Positions 36,794-46,356 of a stretch of DNA of 64,000 nucleotides are shown here, in pieces. The stretch comes from Escherichia phage ph0011, in the sequence record OP557969.1; one strand, given 5' to 3'. Positions within the stretch are counted from its first letter, which is position 1, and every line of letters starts with the position of its first letter. The notes under the pieces were generated by a model that made no database searches, was not told the DNA's origin, and saw nothing but the letters and a program-made list of their open reading frames with translations. Position numbers and translations under genes: made by a program.

Positions 36794-36826
36794 ATGAACA
36801 TATAAAAATATATGTTCATTTTTTTA
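36794..36826 (+). terminator. Rho-independent terminator
   Basis: atgaacatata-aaaa-tatatgttcat (11 bp) then ttttttt. Confidence 0.75.
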
Positions 36827-36854
36827 TGGACATTATTAATATTTGTGATATAAT
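36826..36854 (+). promoter_or_regulatory. early-type sigma70 promoter (TGTGATATAAT class)
   Basis: ATGGAC - 17 nt (..atttgtga) - TATAAT. Confidence 0.65.
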
Positions 36855-36894
36855 ATTGGATAAGGAACAATAACTAACACAAGGAGTGTGGAAA

Positions 36895-37623
36895 GTGCTT
36901 GACCGTATCCGTTTTGCCACAGAGATGGCGAATGAATTAAACATGGCAAATTTTCAAATGTTAACATCAGTGATGGCTGAACATGCATGTGCTTATTCTG
37001 TAAGTGGTGTGCAGTGTGGTCAGGAGAATATGTTAGCAGATGTATATAGCGAAGTTCAAAGTAAACAATACAGTGTAAAGACGTACAAGGATAAGTTCGT
37101 TAGTCTTTATATGAATGAAGACATTTCAGAAGACCGCAAATATACTGATTTTATTATTGAACGAAGAGTATCAGGTGTATCTAATCCTAACGCACCAAGT
37201 GATGAAGTTTTTTCAGAAGTACTGAAAGATATATACGAAAATGAATTGAAAAGTAAGAATCATTACAATGTACGTGAAACTAACACTGTGCTCTTGGGAT
37301 ATGATGAAGACGATCAATATTATTATTTCCGTATGACAGAAGTCCCTTTTGAATACAAATCACCAAGTACTACTGCTGTAAAAGAATTTACCGAGAAAAG
37401 CAAGAACTACAAGAAACATGAAGGCAACCGTTGTAGTATAAATGGTTATAATGAAGATGGTGTTCATATATATGAATGGGTTCATCCTAATTGCCAGACA
37501 TATACCCGTTGCTTGAAGAAACGTTATAATTTAGAAGACAATGAATCCTTCTACTTTAAAGTTAAGAAACAAAGCTATACTCGCCCTGAAGATTCAGAAT
37601 TGATGGGTATGGTATATTTCTAA
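36895..37623 (+). CDS. hypothetical protein
   Basis: GTG 8 nt after AAGGAG (track start 36886 overlaps the RBS); 242 aa. Confidence 0.6.
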   Translation: MLDRIRFATEMANELNMANFQMLTSVMAEHACAYSVSGVQCGQENMLADVYSEVQSKQYSVKTYKDKFVSLYMNEDISEDRKYTDFIIERRVSGVSNPNAPSDEVFSEVLKDIYENELKSKNHYNVRETNTVLLGYDEDDQYYYFRMTEVPFEYKSPSTTAVKEFTEKSKNYKKHEGNRCSINGYNEDGVHIYEWVHPNCQTYTRCLKKRYNLEDNESFYFKVKKQSYTRPEDSELMGMVYF

Positions 37624-37632
37624 GGAACTGTT

Positions 37633-37914
37633 ATGGATTTTTACCTACACACATGGTCATACGAACAATACATTACATTATATCTTGAGATTATTAATAC
37701 TGATCCCAGATATGGTTGTGATTTTGCTGATATTATAAAAGAGTATGCAGATGAGTTTGAGTTTGTATATCTTGGCTCTGACCTATTCGTGAAGAGTGTA
37801 GGTAAAACCGGACGCATCACTGAGATTGATTATGATACTGTTAGTGTGAATTTCTATGTTGATTTTCCTTGTGATGGCGTTGATGGTGTATATTGTCTAT
37901 ATGAAATAATTTAA
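37633..37914 (+). CDS. small hypothetical protein, FamD-like
   Basis: TAAGGA RBS; ..EYADEFEFVYLGSDLFVKSVGKTGRITEIDYD. Confidence 0.55.
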   Translation: MDFYLHTWSYEQYITLYLEIINTDPRYGCDFADIIKEYADEFEFVYLGSDLFVKSVGKTGRITEIDYDTVSVNFYVDFPCDGVDGVYCLYEII

Positions 37915-37921
37915 ATTTTTA

Positions 37922-37945
37922 GGCCAGCGTTTGCTGGTCTTTTTT
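37922..37945 (+). terminator. Rho-independent terminator
   Basis: ggccagc-gttt-gctggtc then tttttt. Confidence 0.8.
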
Positions 37946-37958
37946 CGCAGGTACAAAG

Positions 37959-38258
37959 ATGATTAGTATAGATTTAATTAACAGTACTATAAAGTTGTTG
38001 GCTGATGTAGTGAGAGAATCCAATGGAACTGTATACCCATCAATGTATAAAATCTTTGAACGATACATCAAGGATTGTAACATATCCTTATATGGACTGG
38101 CGGTTGATATAGACGACCACTATGAAATTAATACTTCATATAAAACAGGAATGTTAATTGGTATTAATATGATGGGATATTTTCCTTATTACTGTATAGG
38201 ATTACCAGATAGTACTATGGTAGATTACCCAGCCAGTACTATTAAATTAAGAGGATAA
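37959..38258 (+). CDS. small hypothetical protein
   Basis: 99-aa ORF after the terminator. Confidence 0.5.
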   Translation: MISIDLINSTIKLLADVVRESNGTVYPSMYKIFERYIKDCNISLYGLAVDIDDHYEINTSYKTGMLIGINMMGYFPYYCIGLPDSTMVDYPASTIKLRG

Positions 38259-38265
38259 AACTAAA

Positions 38266-38844
38266 ATGAATGTATTAGAATTAAGTACTAAGCTTATTAG
38301 TATGCGTAATGAGTGGTACGATTGGTTTTATAAAGGCACTGATATGGATTTTTCAAAATATCCATTTATGGAATCAGGATGTGATGCAAACTACCGCTGG
38401 TTGAGCAAAAGTGATTCTGGTTTATTCATTCGAATTGATGATAGTGGTCAAGGAATTTTAAAAGATTTAATTCGAGTTGAAGAACTCGTCCATGACAATT
38501 GGTGTGATAATGATCCATACCTTGGAAATATGATTTATGTAAGTGAAAATGATTGCATATTCGTTATCCAGCGTCATGGTGATTCTATGTTTTATGTAGC
38601 AGACAACAGTACACCTGACGGTGCGGCAGCCAGTGAACTTATGCCTAAGATTGGTATATTGGAATTTGGATTACCTGAGCACTTTCAGATTAGTACTTTA
38701 TACGATATTCCACCACTTGAGTTCTTTGAAGAATTTAAATTATACTACAATGATCTTCAAAAATTGAGTTCTGAACATCGAATTGAAATAATAGTCAAGT
38801 ACATGGATGGGACAAAATTAACCGATACGGGGATAGAATTTTGA
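38266..38844 (+). CDS. FamA paralog (outlier copy)
   Basis: core LPEHFQISTLYDIPPLEFF. Confidence 0.7.
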   Translation: MNVLELSTKLISMRNEWYDWFYKGTDMDFSKYPFMESGCDANYRWLSKSDSGLFIRIDDSGQGILKDLIRVEELVHDNWCDNDPYLGNMIYVSENDCIFVIQRHGDSMFYVADNSTPDGAAASELMPKIGILEFGLPEHFQISTLYDIPPLEFFEEFKLYYNDLQKLSSEHRIEIIVKYMDGTKLTDTGIEF

Positions 38845-39530
38845 TTAAAGATTTAGATAGAATTTTATATGTACTAAGGGGTGTGATTACATTGCATCCA
38901 CAGATTAATCGCATGGAGCGTGTATTTGAATTAAAATCAATAGAAACTCCATATTCACATATATCAAATGTAGTTGGATCATTCAGTACTGAAGACTCTC
39001 CATATGATATTTGTGTATGTGAAGTACAACCAAGTTCGGATATTGGATTTGCTATTTTTGATAAAAATCGAAATCTTATTAGTATGTTTCAGTGCAATAA
39101 TCCTTTTTGGAAAACATGCCTGTATCCAGAGTGGGCTATGCTTGATCCAACAAAGAGTAACATTAAAGTGTACGACTCTAAAAACAAAGAAGTCGTTATT
39201 GATTTGGATGAGTCAATGACTGAGGAAGAACACTTTCAGTTAATGATGTTGCGAGCTATGCCTGAATACAATGCAATGATTAACACTGTGAAATATATTA
39301 ATGATACTATGCAATCATTGCGTACACATGAGTTTTGTCATCCAGTATTGTATGAAAATTTAGATTTAGACTTCAGTACTATTAAATTTAAAGATAATGT
39401 TGTAAATTACATTCAAGAGAATGTTAAATTTGATTTTATTAATACTATGAATAATAATCCAAAAACAAATTTCAGGCATCAGTATAATGAATCGCTCTCT
39501 AATGGACGCGATACCAGTTGGTGGAAATAA
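38841..39530 (+). CDS. FamA paralog (outlier copy)
   Basis: TTGA overlap, TTG start; core TEEEHFQLMMLRAMPE. Confidence 0.65.
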   Translation: MIKDLDRILYVLRGVITLHPQINRMERVFELKSIETPYSHISNVVGSFSTEDSPYDICVCEVQPSSDIGFAIFDKNRNLISMFQCNNPFWKTCLYPEWAMLDPTKSNIKVYDSKNKEVVIDLDESMTEEEHFQLMMLRAMPEYNAMINTVKYINDTMQSLRTHEFCHPVLYENLDLDFSTIKFKDNVVNYIQENVKFDFINTMNNNPKTNFRHQYNESLSNGRDTSWWK

Positions 39531-39531
39531 T

Positions 39532-39795
39532 ATGAATATCCAAGATAGATTACAATTGTTGTGCACACTTGAACAAGCTGCTTATGAACTTGTTAATAAA
39601 ATCTCTGAAGAACTTCCCAAAGGAACTAGAGTTCGTGTTCGTGAAATGGATTATGTAACGGGTGAAATTGAAGAAAAAGTTTTAACAGTGGTTAAAGTAA
39701 CATACTATGAGTCAGAGCTATCAATTCAATGTAAGTCAGATAATGGTTACATTTCCTACTATGGCACTGATATAGAGATGGAGGTAATCAAATGA
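39532..39795 (+). CDS. small hypothetical protein, FamD
   Basis: ATG just after upstream stop (track 39487..); LEQAAYELVNKISEELPKGTRVRVREMD. Confidence 0.55.
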   Translation: MNIQDRLQLLCTLEQAAYELVNKISEELPKGTRVRVREMDYVTGEIEEKVLTVVKVTYYESELSIQCKSDNGYISYYGTDIEMEVIK

Positions 39796-40934
39796 CCCTT
39801 TTACAAATATATGAAGATTTGATGCACTTATGTAATACCCGTGAGGCTTTCTTTTATGTAGATCATAAAAGTCCTGCTGGTGGCACATATCGTGTATTCA
39901 GTTATCGACTAGCATCATATACTGATTTCATGCAACCGAATGCATTGGAAACCCGTGGTTCTATGTGGGAAATCGATGACGATGGCAACATGATACGTTG
40001 TGCATCACGTTGTATGAAAAAGTTCTTTAATGCTTACGAAAATCCTGCTACGATGTTCCCTGCTGATACCAAATGTGATGACATTGCAGTAGTGATGCCT
40101 AAGTTGGATGGTTCAATTATCAGTTCTTACCGTGATAATGATGGTATTATTCGTTGTAAATCACATACCTCATTGTATTCTGACCATGCAATTAACAGTA
40201 CTCGACTAATTAACGAGAACCAGAATTTGTATCAGTACATTGATGAAGCTGAACGTTTGGGTTACACGGTTAACATGGAGTACACAAGCCCAGAGTACCG
40301 AATCGTATTGCCATATCAGGTAGAACAACTATTTGTTCTAAACGTCCGTCATCGTGTAAGTGGTGAATTGTTGTGTGGTAAAGCATTACGCGAAAAGTTT
40401 CCTTGTCTTTCACAGTACAGCACCAATATGACAGGTAAAGATATTCATCACACGTTTCCGGTAAGAAATACATTTCGTGAAAGTGTTGAAGAAGTTCATA
40501 AAATGCTTGATATTGAGGGTTTTGTTTGTATTCTAAAAGATGGGACAATGTGTAAAATAAAGACGGATTGGTATAGTTCATTACATCTAACAAAAGACAG
40601 TATCATTATTGATTCACATTTGTTCGAAGCTGTGTTAAATGGTTCAAGTGACGACTTGAAACAATTATTCAGTACTGACGAATATGCTATGCAAAAGATA
40701 TTGAGAATGGAACAATTGGTATTTTCGTGCTATAATTCATTACAAGATGAGGTAGAAAACTTCGTCAATACACACAAGCACTTGGGACGAAAGGAATTCG
40801 CAATGAAGGTTCAGGAGTGTTTGACTAATGAACTAAATCGTCAGGGCTTGGCCTTTGCAATGTATAACAATAAGTATGTTGATTATAAAGAAACTCTTAT
40901 CAAATACATGAAAGTAGTACTAAAGGACTTTTAG
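39792..40934 (+). CDS. rnlA: RNA ligase 1 (T4 gp63/RnlA-like)
   Basis: 380 aa; N-term ..FFYVDHKSPAGGTYRVFSYRLASYTDF..ALETRG and KLDGS adenylation lysine collinear with T4 Rnl1 as I recall it. Confidence 0.85.
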   Translation: MTLLQIYEDLMHLCNTREAFFYVDHKSPAGGTYRVFSYRLASYTDFMQPNALETRGSMWEIDDDGNMIRCASRCMKKFFNAYENPATMFPADTKCDDIAVVMPKLDGSIISSYRDNDGIIRCKSHTSLYSDHAINSTRLINENQNLYQYIDEAERLGYTVNMEYTSPEYRIVLPYQVEQLFVLNVRHRVSGELLCGKALREKFPCLSQYSTNMTGKDIHHTFPVRNTFRESVEEVHKMLDIEGFVCILKDGTMCKIKTDWYSSLHLTKDSIIIDSHLFEAVLNGSSDDLKQLFSTDEYAMQKILRMEQLVFSCYNSLQDEVENFVNTHKHLGRKEFAMKVQECLTNELNRQGLAFAMYNNKYVDYKETLIKYMKVVLKDF

Positions 40935-40966
40935 TATAATCTATAGCCTAAGCACAAGGAGAAGTG

Positions 40967-41221
40967 ATGGCTAAACCTAAGTATAGAAATGACGGTTCCC
41001 TTTCTCCAACAGAGTTCAGGAAGATACAAGAAGAAATCGATACATTACAGCACAAACGCTCTAAGAAAGGTGTGAAGATTAGTAAGAAACGAATCGAGAA
41101 TACTTTCGGTTGTAGTAGTACTGAATATAAAAAGAAAAGGAAACCGAAAGATGTTAGACCGAGAATATATGATATTACTCGTTATACATCAAGACGTGAA
41201 AATAAGTTTGATCCACTATAA
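40967..41221 (+). CDS. basic (Lys/Arg-rich) hypothetical protein
   Basis: ATG after AAGGAG (track 40964..); 84 aa. Confidence 0.55.
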   Translation: MAKPKYRNDGSLSPTEFRKIQEEIDTLQHKRSKKGVKISKKRIENTFGCSSTEYKKKRKPKDVRPRIYDITRYTSRRENKFDPL

Positions 41222-41230
41222 GGAGTTCAT

Positions 41231-41461
41231 ATGAAAGTTGAAGTTCAGCATAGTATTGTTCAAGATATGTCGGTAGTGAAATTTCATTCTCTGAAAGATT
41301 ACTTCAGGTGTATCAAGTTTCTAGAAGAATCTCATTTACAGTGGACTCCATTGAAATACAGTTCATTTAATGATACAGCTAGTATTCGTTGTGATGAATC
41401 TGTACTTGTAAAAATTACAAAACGATTTGGGTTAGGTAAAATTAATGAGCACAGTAAATGA
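41231..41461 (+). CDS. small hypothetical protein
   Basis: TAAGGAG RBS; 76 aa. Confidence 0.6.
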   Translation: MKVEVQHSIVQDMSVVKFHSLKDYFRCIKFLEESHLQWTPLKYSSFNDTASIRCDESVLVKITKRFGLGKINEHSK

Positions 41462-41699
41462 CCTAAAATACTACAACCAAACTGCGGATACCTTTATTAC
41501 CCATTTATATGAAGAATTCAGTCGTATCCGCAATGAATATACTGGTAAATGTATTTTATATAGCTTTTATCATAGTGGTGAAATTGAACTTGCTTACATT
41601 ACTAAAGTGAAGTTTTCAGATGACTATCAATTACTCTTTGAATTAGACAATAGTTTCGTTATTGAAGCTAATTTGATAGTTGATGTACTAGATAAGTGA
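41445..41699 (+). CDS. small hypothetical protein, FamD
   Basis: ..THLYEEFSRIRNEYTGKCILYSFYH.. Confidence 0.55.
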   Translation: MSTVNDLKYYNQTADTFITHLYEEFSRIRNEYTGKCILYSFYHSGEIELAYITKVKFSDDYQLLFELDNSFVIEANLIVDVLDK

Positions 41700-41705
41700 G
41701 GACAC

Positions 41706-42020
41706 ATGAATAAAGAACTTGCTCAAAAAGGCATTGATCAGTTAAAGTACATTGAAAAGGAACTAATAGAATCAGTTGAATTAATGGTCGAAGATTTCGT
41801 GTTTGATTTTAAGAAAACATTGATTGGATGTAAAGTCAAATGCTGGGACCATACTATCAGGGAATGGTTTAGTACTATAATCCTTGATGTTAAAGTATCG
41901 CGTACTGCTTTTGGTAACTTAGTAAATGGTGAATGCTTTGTATACACTGAATACAATAACGGAACAAGACACCTTTCAAAAGGATGGCACAGACTCGAAG
42001 ATGTAGAATTCATTGAGTAG
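41706..42020 (+). CDS. small hypothetical protein, FamD
   Basis: GTGAGG RBS; ..LKYIEKELIES..KKTLIGCKVKCWDH. Confidence 0.6.
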   Translation: MNKELAQKGIDQLKYIEKELIESVELMVEDFVFDFKKTLIGCKVKCWDHTIREWFSTIILDVKVSRTAFGNLVNGECFVYTEYNNGTRHLSKGWHRLEDVEFIE

Positions 42021-42032
42021 TAAGGAGTAATA

Positions 42033-42965
42033 ATGCCGACTATCACACTAACAGTTGGTTTACCTGGATGTGGTAAAACAACATGGGCAGTACAAGAGAT
42101 TAAAAAAGCCAAATCCAAGACTATCAATATCAACCGTGATGATATTCGTGAATCGATGGCTGGGTCACATGATGCTTACAAATTCAATGATGCTAATGAG
42201 AAGTACGTAACTAATTTACAGTTCAGTGCAGCAAAATTAGCAGCAGAGAATGGTTGGAATATTATTGTATCCGACACAAACCTTAAACCACATTTCCGTG
42301 AACAATGGAAAATGTGGGCTAAAGATAATGGTTATGATTATAAAGAAAAGAACTTCTATGATGATTTTGTACCAAAGGAAGACCGTGGTGCAGATGTTCA
42401 TGAATTCTTTAAGATTAAAGAGTTTGTAAAACTTTGTAAGAAATATAACCTCCAGCGTGAGCGTTCAGTACAAGATAATATCATTGACACAATGGCAGAT
42501 ACGTACTATTATAGTAAGGCATTGCATATTGGTTACTATGGTAATTCTCGTGAAGAAGCGATTATCGTTGATATCGATGGAACTCTTGCTCATAAATGGA
42601 ACCGCAATCCATTTGATGAAAGTACAGTTCTCCAAGATACACCAGACGAAGAAGTTATTTTGTCTGTTATCGCCGAAGCAGTTTTTCATAAACGCAAGAT
42701 TATTGTCATGAGTGGTCGTACTGAAGGGTGTCGTGCTGACACAGAACAGTGGTTGAAGAATTGGGGTGTTCCCTACGATGCATTGTTTATGCGAGGCATT
42801 GATGATAAACGTCCCGATGATGTTGTTAAATTCGACCTGTACATGAAAAATGTGGTTGATCATTACGATGTTAAAAAAGTATATGATGACAGAGCACAAG
42901 TCGTATTCATGTGGCGTAAACTACTTGGATTGAAAGTGATGCAAGTTGCGGAAGGAAATTTTTAG
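42033..42965 (+). CDS. pseT: polynucleotide 5'-kinase / 3'-phosphatase (T4 PseT-like)
   Basis: GLPGCGKTT P-loop; DIDGTLA HAD motif; C-terminal ..MWRKLLGLKVMQVAEGNF like the T4 Pnkp end. Confidence 0.85.
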   Translation: MPTITLTVGLPGCGKTTWAVQEIKKAKSKTININRDDIRESMAGSHDAYKFNDANEKYVTNLQFSAAKLAAENGWNIIVSDTNLKPHFREQWKMWAKDNGYDYKEKNFYDDFVPKEDRGADVHEFFKIKEFVKLCKKYNLQRERSVQDNIIDTMADTYYYSKALHIGYYGNSREEAIIVDIDGTLAHKWNRNPFDESTVLQDTPDEEVILSVIAEAVFHKRKIIVMSGRTEGCRADTEQWLKNWGVPYDALFMRGIDDKRPDDVVKFDLYMKNVVDHYDVKKVYDDRAQVVFMWRKLLGLKVMQVAEGNF

Positions 42966-42972
42966 TACAAAA

Positions 42973-42997
42973 AGGGATCAGTATATGATCCCTTTTT
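42973..42997 (+). terminator. Rho-independent terminator
   Basis: agggatc-agtatat-gatccct then ttttt. Confidence 0.75.
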
Positions 42998-43015
42998 CTT
43001 TTAAGGTACATTATA

Positions 43016-43192
43016 GTGAATGTAACAACACAAATGTTATTACGAAAAGATTATTTAGAAAATATAGAAAGATTCTATAGAATGTCTTTGTATGAAAATA
43101 AGCATAAAAATTATAATTTTGATAAACTGCTAAATTCCAGTACTGATGATTATTTATTTTCATCAATGTTTTATGTGAGAGGATTATTGTAA
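43016..43192 (+). CDS. small hypothetical protein (58 aa)
   Basis: Hand-translated GTG ORF (or ATG 43034); TAATG overlap with 43192. Confidence 0.35.
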   Translation: MNVTTQMLLRKDYLENIERFYRMSLYENKHKNYNFDKLLNSSTDDYLFSSMFYVRGLL

Positions 43193-43452
43193 TGGATAAA
43201 TTTCATACAGATATAACACAGATAGGTAACCTTATCAATAGTCTAATTACTGATTTAGAAGAAAAGTACTTAGGGCGAAATGTATACGTAGAAATGTATG
43301 AAACATATGGTGTTATTGATATGATTTATTATAGTGCATTGAAATATGAAATACGTTTAACTGTATGTTTATATGAAAAAGGTACATTTAAAAGAAGTTC
43401 TGCAATCCGTCAAGTCGGAGTTGACGACATTGAATTATACGAGGAACAATGA
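43192..43452 (+). CDS. small hypothetical protein, FamD
   Basis: ..IGNLINSLITDLEEKYLGRNVYVEMYE.. Confidence 0.6.
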   Translation: MDKFHTDITQIGNLINSLITDLEEKYLGRNVYVEMYETYGVIDMIYYSALKYEIRLTVCLYEKGTFKRSSAIRQVGVDDIELYEEQ

Positions 43453-43703
43453 TGTTTGAGCAGGACTTAGAGCTATTCAAAAGTTATATTGAGTACTTAG
43501 TTACTTTAGAAAAAGAGCTAACTGCAAAGTACAAGGGTGTTCGTGTTCAGTGCTGGTATGACGATTGTGATTATAAACGTGAACTTATTATTGACCGAAT
43601 ATATTTCATCGATGGTGTATTGAATGTACATGGTGTTAATGATTTTGGACATTCATATACTTATTCAAATAATGCAAAATTCAAGAGGATTGACAATGAA
43701 TGA
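43449..43703 (+). CDS. small hypothetical protein, FamD
   Basis: ATGA overlap; ..YIEYLVTLEKELTAKYKGVRVQCWYDD.. Confidence 0.6.
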   Translation: MMFEQDLELFKSYIEYLVTLEKELTAKYKGVRVQCWYDDCDYKRELIIDRIYFIDGVLNVHGVNDFGHSYTYSNNAKFKRIDNE

Positions 43704-43998
43704 GTATTATCAAAATTTATTCAAATACATAAAACTAATAGATGATCTTGCTTTTGATTTTCTTAGTACTGATAAAGTTGATGAGCCTTTATATTATGAT
43801 TGTATTGGTTCACTTTGTTCATATGAAAAAGAAATATTAGAAAACAATTTACCATCAACGCTCTGTATTATCAATGGTTCTAAAGCGGTGGTGGTAGATG
43901 TTAATTTTTATAAATCACTTAATACAATTGTTTACAAGTTTGATAACACTGGGTTTAATCATATAACAGGTAATATTAAATCTGTGAGGTTCTTATGA
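43696..43998 (+). CDS. small hypothetical protein, FamD-like
   Basis: ATG after AGAGGA (track 43624..); MNEYYQNLFKYIKLIDDLAFDF. Confidence 0.55.
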   Translation: MNEYYQNLFKYIKLIDDLAFDFLSTDKVDEPLYYDCIGSLCSYEKEILENNLPSTLCIINGSKAVVVDVNFYKSLNTIVYKFDNTGFNHITGNIKSVRFL

Positions 43999-44291
43999 AT
44001 TTAAAACATTTGTTAGAACAGGCTCATTTATTGTATAGCTGTGCTGATGGTTCTGGTAAGGAGTATAGTGAAGTTTATTTAGAACTGTTTAGAACGGAAA
44101 TACACATAATTAGAAGATACTTAATTGATAATAAAACTGAAGTAAAAGTTAGATACCATAATGGTACTTTAAAGAATGGTATAATTATTGGATTGATAGT
44201 TTCACGAATGTCTAGTAATATTAAAGTTGCAATTAGATTAATGACTGATGATGGTGTCTACACCATAGAAGTAAGTGAGATTATATATTAA
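43995..44291 (+). CDS. small hypothetical protein, FamD-like
   Basis: ATGA overlap; 98 aa. Confidence 0.55.
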   Translation: MNLKHLLEQAHLLYSCADGSGKEYSEVYLELFRTEIHIIRRYLIDNKTEVKVRYHNGTLKNGIIIGLIVSRMSSNIKVAIRLMTDDGVYTIEVSEIIY

Positions 44292-44597
44292 ATGGATATA
44301 CAAACATTCAATAAACTTAAGTACTACGACAATGGTTTTACTATTATTATTAATGAACTGGATGGGATACCATATGAGTATCATAATGGTGTAATGAAAA
44401 TATTAAAAAGTATTTGTGATGATTTAAAAACTATATTTGAAAATGAATATGTTTACGACTTAGGCATAAACAATAAAAAATTATACATAAAGAAATTCAG
44501 TGGGACGCATTGTGGGCTGATGGTTAATTTGGGTTTATGTGCTGACAATAATTTTGAAGCATGTAGTTTATATCTGGATGAAATGCGAATCTCATGA
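44292..44597 (+). CDS. small hypothetical protein, FamD-like
   Basis: 101-aa ORF directly after upstream stop. Confidence 0.55.
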   Translation: MDIQTFNKLKYYDNGFTIIINELDGIPYEYHNGVMKILKSICDDLKTIFENEYVYDLGINNKKLYIKKFSGTHCGLMVNLGLCADNNFEACSLYLDEMRIS

Positions 44598-44623
44598 GAC
44601 ATATCTTGAATCGGTGATATAAT
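44595..44623 (+). promoter_or_regulatory. early-type sigma70 promoter (GATATAAT class)
   Basis: TGAGAC - 17 nt (..tcggtga) - TATAAT. Confidence 0.6.
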
Positions 44624-44655
44624 TTCATTACAACACTGACAATGGAGTAGATGTT

Positions 44656-44985
44656 GTGGATGACGATTTTTTTAAAACGTTGGATAAAACGATAGTTATT
44701 CTATCTAGTTCATTAATGCACATTTTCAGTACTGATAATTCTTATAGTTCACATACATTTGATTTAATATGTAATAACTATGTAAATGGTATATCAGATG
44801 ATTTATGTCCATTTATTGCATATTTACTCGATGATAGTGAAGAATTTAATATATGCAACATTAGTTGTGGATTTGGTGATTGGATTGTGTTAAATGAACG
44901 TGGTGGGATCTGTTTATACACCGAAGATATTGGTAAATTTATATATAAAGGAGTAGAATATGTTAACAATCGCAGCAGTTATTAG
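44656..44985 (+). CDS. hypothetical protein
   Basis: GTG 8 nt after GGAG; 109 aa. Confidence 0.55.
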   Translation: MDDDFFKTLDKTIVILSSSLMHIFSTDNSYSSHTFDLICNNYVNGISDDLCPFIAYLLDDSEEFNICNISCGFGDWIVLNERGGICLYTEDIGKFIYKGVEYVNNRSSY

Positions 44986-45550
44986 TGTACTAGGCGTAGC
45001 CATTACAGGTATGCTTGCTTACAATTACAACCGTAGTGTTATCGGTTATGTACTACTTAGTCTAGTACTAACACCAGTACTAGCCATCGTTACTTTATTA
45101 GTATTAGGTGAACGTAAAATCAACTTCATTATTAATGATAAACGTGATCAAGTTACACCCGAACCCGAAAAAGTTATCAATGAAGAACGAGAAGAGCAAA
45201 AAGTTGAAGTTCAAATGAAAGTGAATGTTCACAACGCACTTGATGAAACTGACCCTAAAGTTAATATTACTGTTGTTCCTAAAGTCAATGAAGTAAAGCC
45301 TAAAACAGCAACAAAAAGTTCTAAATCAAAGAAAAGCACCAAGACCACAAAGAAAGCTCGCAACACAAAAGGTAAGAATAAAAACAAAGTTCAAGATGAA
45401 CCACAACAAGACACACATGATCATACTTCCCATATTATTACAGCAGCTACAACCGCAGCAGTTGTGACACCATATATCTCTTCTGCTGATACTGGTTCAT
45501 ATGATAGCTCTAGCTGTGATTCAAACACTAGTTCTGGAAGCGGTGATTAA
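44960..45550 (+). CDS. membrane protein with Lys-rich and Ser-rich tail
   Basis: AAAGGAG RBS; two N-terminal TM segments; KSSKSKKSTKTTKKARNTKGKNKNK. Confidence 0.65.
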   Translation: MLTIAAVISVLGVAITGMLAYNYNRSVIGYVLLSLVLTPVLAIVTLLVLGERKINFIINDKRDQVTPEPEKVINEEREEQKVEVQMKVNVHNALDETDPKVNITVVPKVNEVKPKTATKSSKSKKSTKTTKKARNTKGKNKNKVQDEPQQDTHDHTSHIITAATTAAVVTPYISSADTGSYDSSSCDSNTSSGSGD

Positions 45551-45552
45551 CA

Positions 45553-45885
45553 ATGAAACATCTTGTACAATATAATCAGTACTTGATTTCATTACACAAA
45601 ATGAAAGATGATTTCTTTAGAAGTGCTGAGATTGAACTCGTTGGTAAGATAGTAAAATTTACTGACGAGTATATCAAAAGATACACTGACATAGATGATG
45701 ACCCAGAGTATGAATCATACTACCAGTACATAAATCAATATACTAGAATGCGAATTGTTGGAATTTTAAAATTCGGTATACGATTAGTTGCACATGTGGA
45801 ATTCATCAATTACGAAGCAATTGATGCAGCAGCCTTTGGGGATGAAATTAGTTTAGATCATCTTATACTAGTTGATGAGGAATAA
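45553..45885 (+). CDS. small hypothetical protein, FamD
   Basis: ..YLISLHKMKDDFFRSAEIELVGKIVKFTDE.. Confidence 0.6.
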   Translation: MKHLVQYNQYLISLHKMKDDFFRSAEIELVGKIVKFTDEYIKRYTDIDDDPEYESYYQYINQYTRMRIVGILKFGIRLVAHVEFINYEAIDAAAFGDEISLDHLILVDEE

Positions 45886-45887
45886 TA

Positions 45888-46103
45888 ATGATTACATTTT
45901 TTGCAATATATGGGTTTGTTGCGTTTTGTTCATTTATATGTAACTTTCTAGTACTAAATTGGAATTGTTTCAAAGATGAAATCATAACTGCAATGAGTCT
46001 GCAATCAGCAGCACTAATGGCTATAATTTGGCCTGTAACTATGGTGTATCTTTTTATCTCAATAATAAAAGATATCACATCCCACTTCAAGAGAAAGAAA
46101 TAA
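45888..46103 (+). CDS. small membrane protein (2 TM)
   Basis: 71 aa, hydrophobic FFAIYGFVAFCSFICNFLVL / AALMAIIWPVTMVYLFISII. Confidence 0.55.
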   Translation: MITFFAIYGFVAFCSFICNFLVLNWNCFKDEIITAMSLQSAALMAIIWPVTMVYLFISIIKDITSHFKRKK

Positions 46104-46354
46104 TGTTTAACACAGACTATTCACATTTACGATATCTTATGTCTTTGGCTGATGATTTTATTAATGATTTGAAGCCTAAGTATATTGGACAGGAAGTAAG
46201 TTTGATAAACTCTAGGGGTTATGGAAAGTACATTATTACTGATATGTATATTAGCGGTGGAGAATGGCGTTTCAAAGTTAATACGTATCTTAAAGATGGT
46301 TCTTTTGCAGGTACACAAGTTACAAAACACACTAACATTATATGGTTGAAATAA
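46103..46354 (+). CDS. small hypothetical protein, FamD
   Basis: TAATG overlap (track 46028..); ..LRYLMSLADDFINDLKPKYIGQEVSLIN.. Confidence 0.6.
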   Translation: MFNTDYSHLRYLMSLADDFINDLKPKYIGQEVSLINSRGYGKYIITDMYISGGEWRFKVNTYLKDGSFAGTQVTKHTNIIWLK

Positions 46355-46356
46355 TA

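Noticed and set aside
40935-40945. TAGTATAAT just after rnlA as another promoter
   Set aside because: No acceptable -35 sits at 16-18 nt, and it lacks the GAC/TGTGA context of the promoter family.
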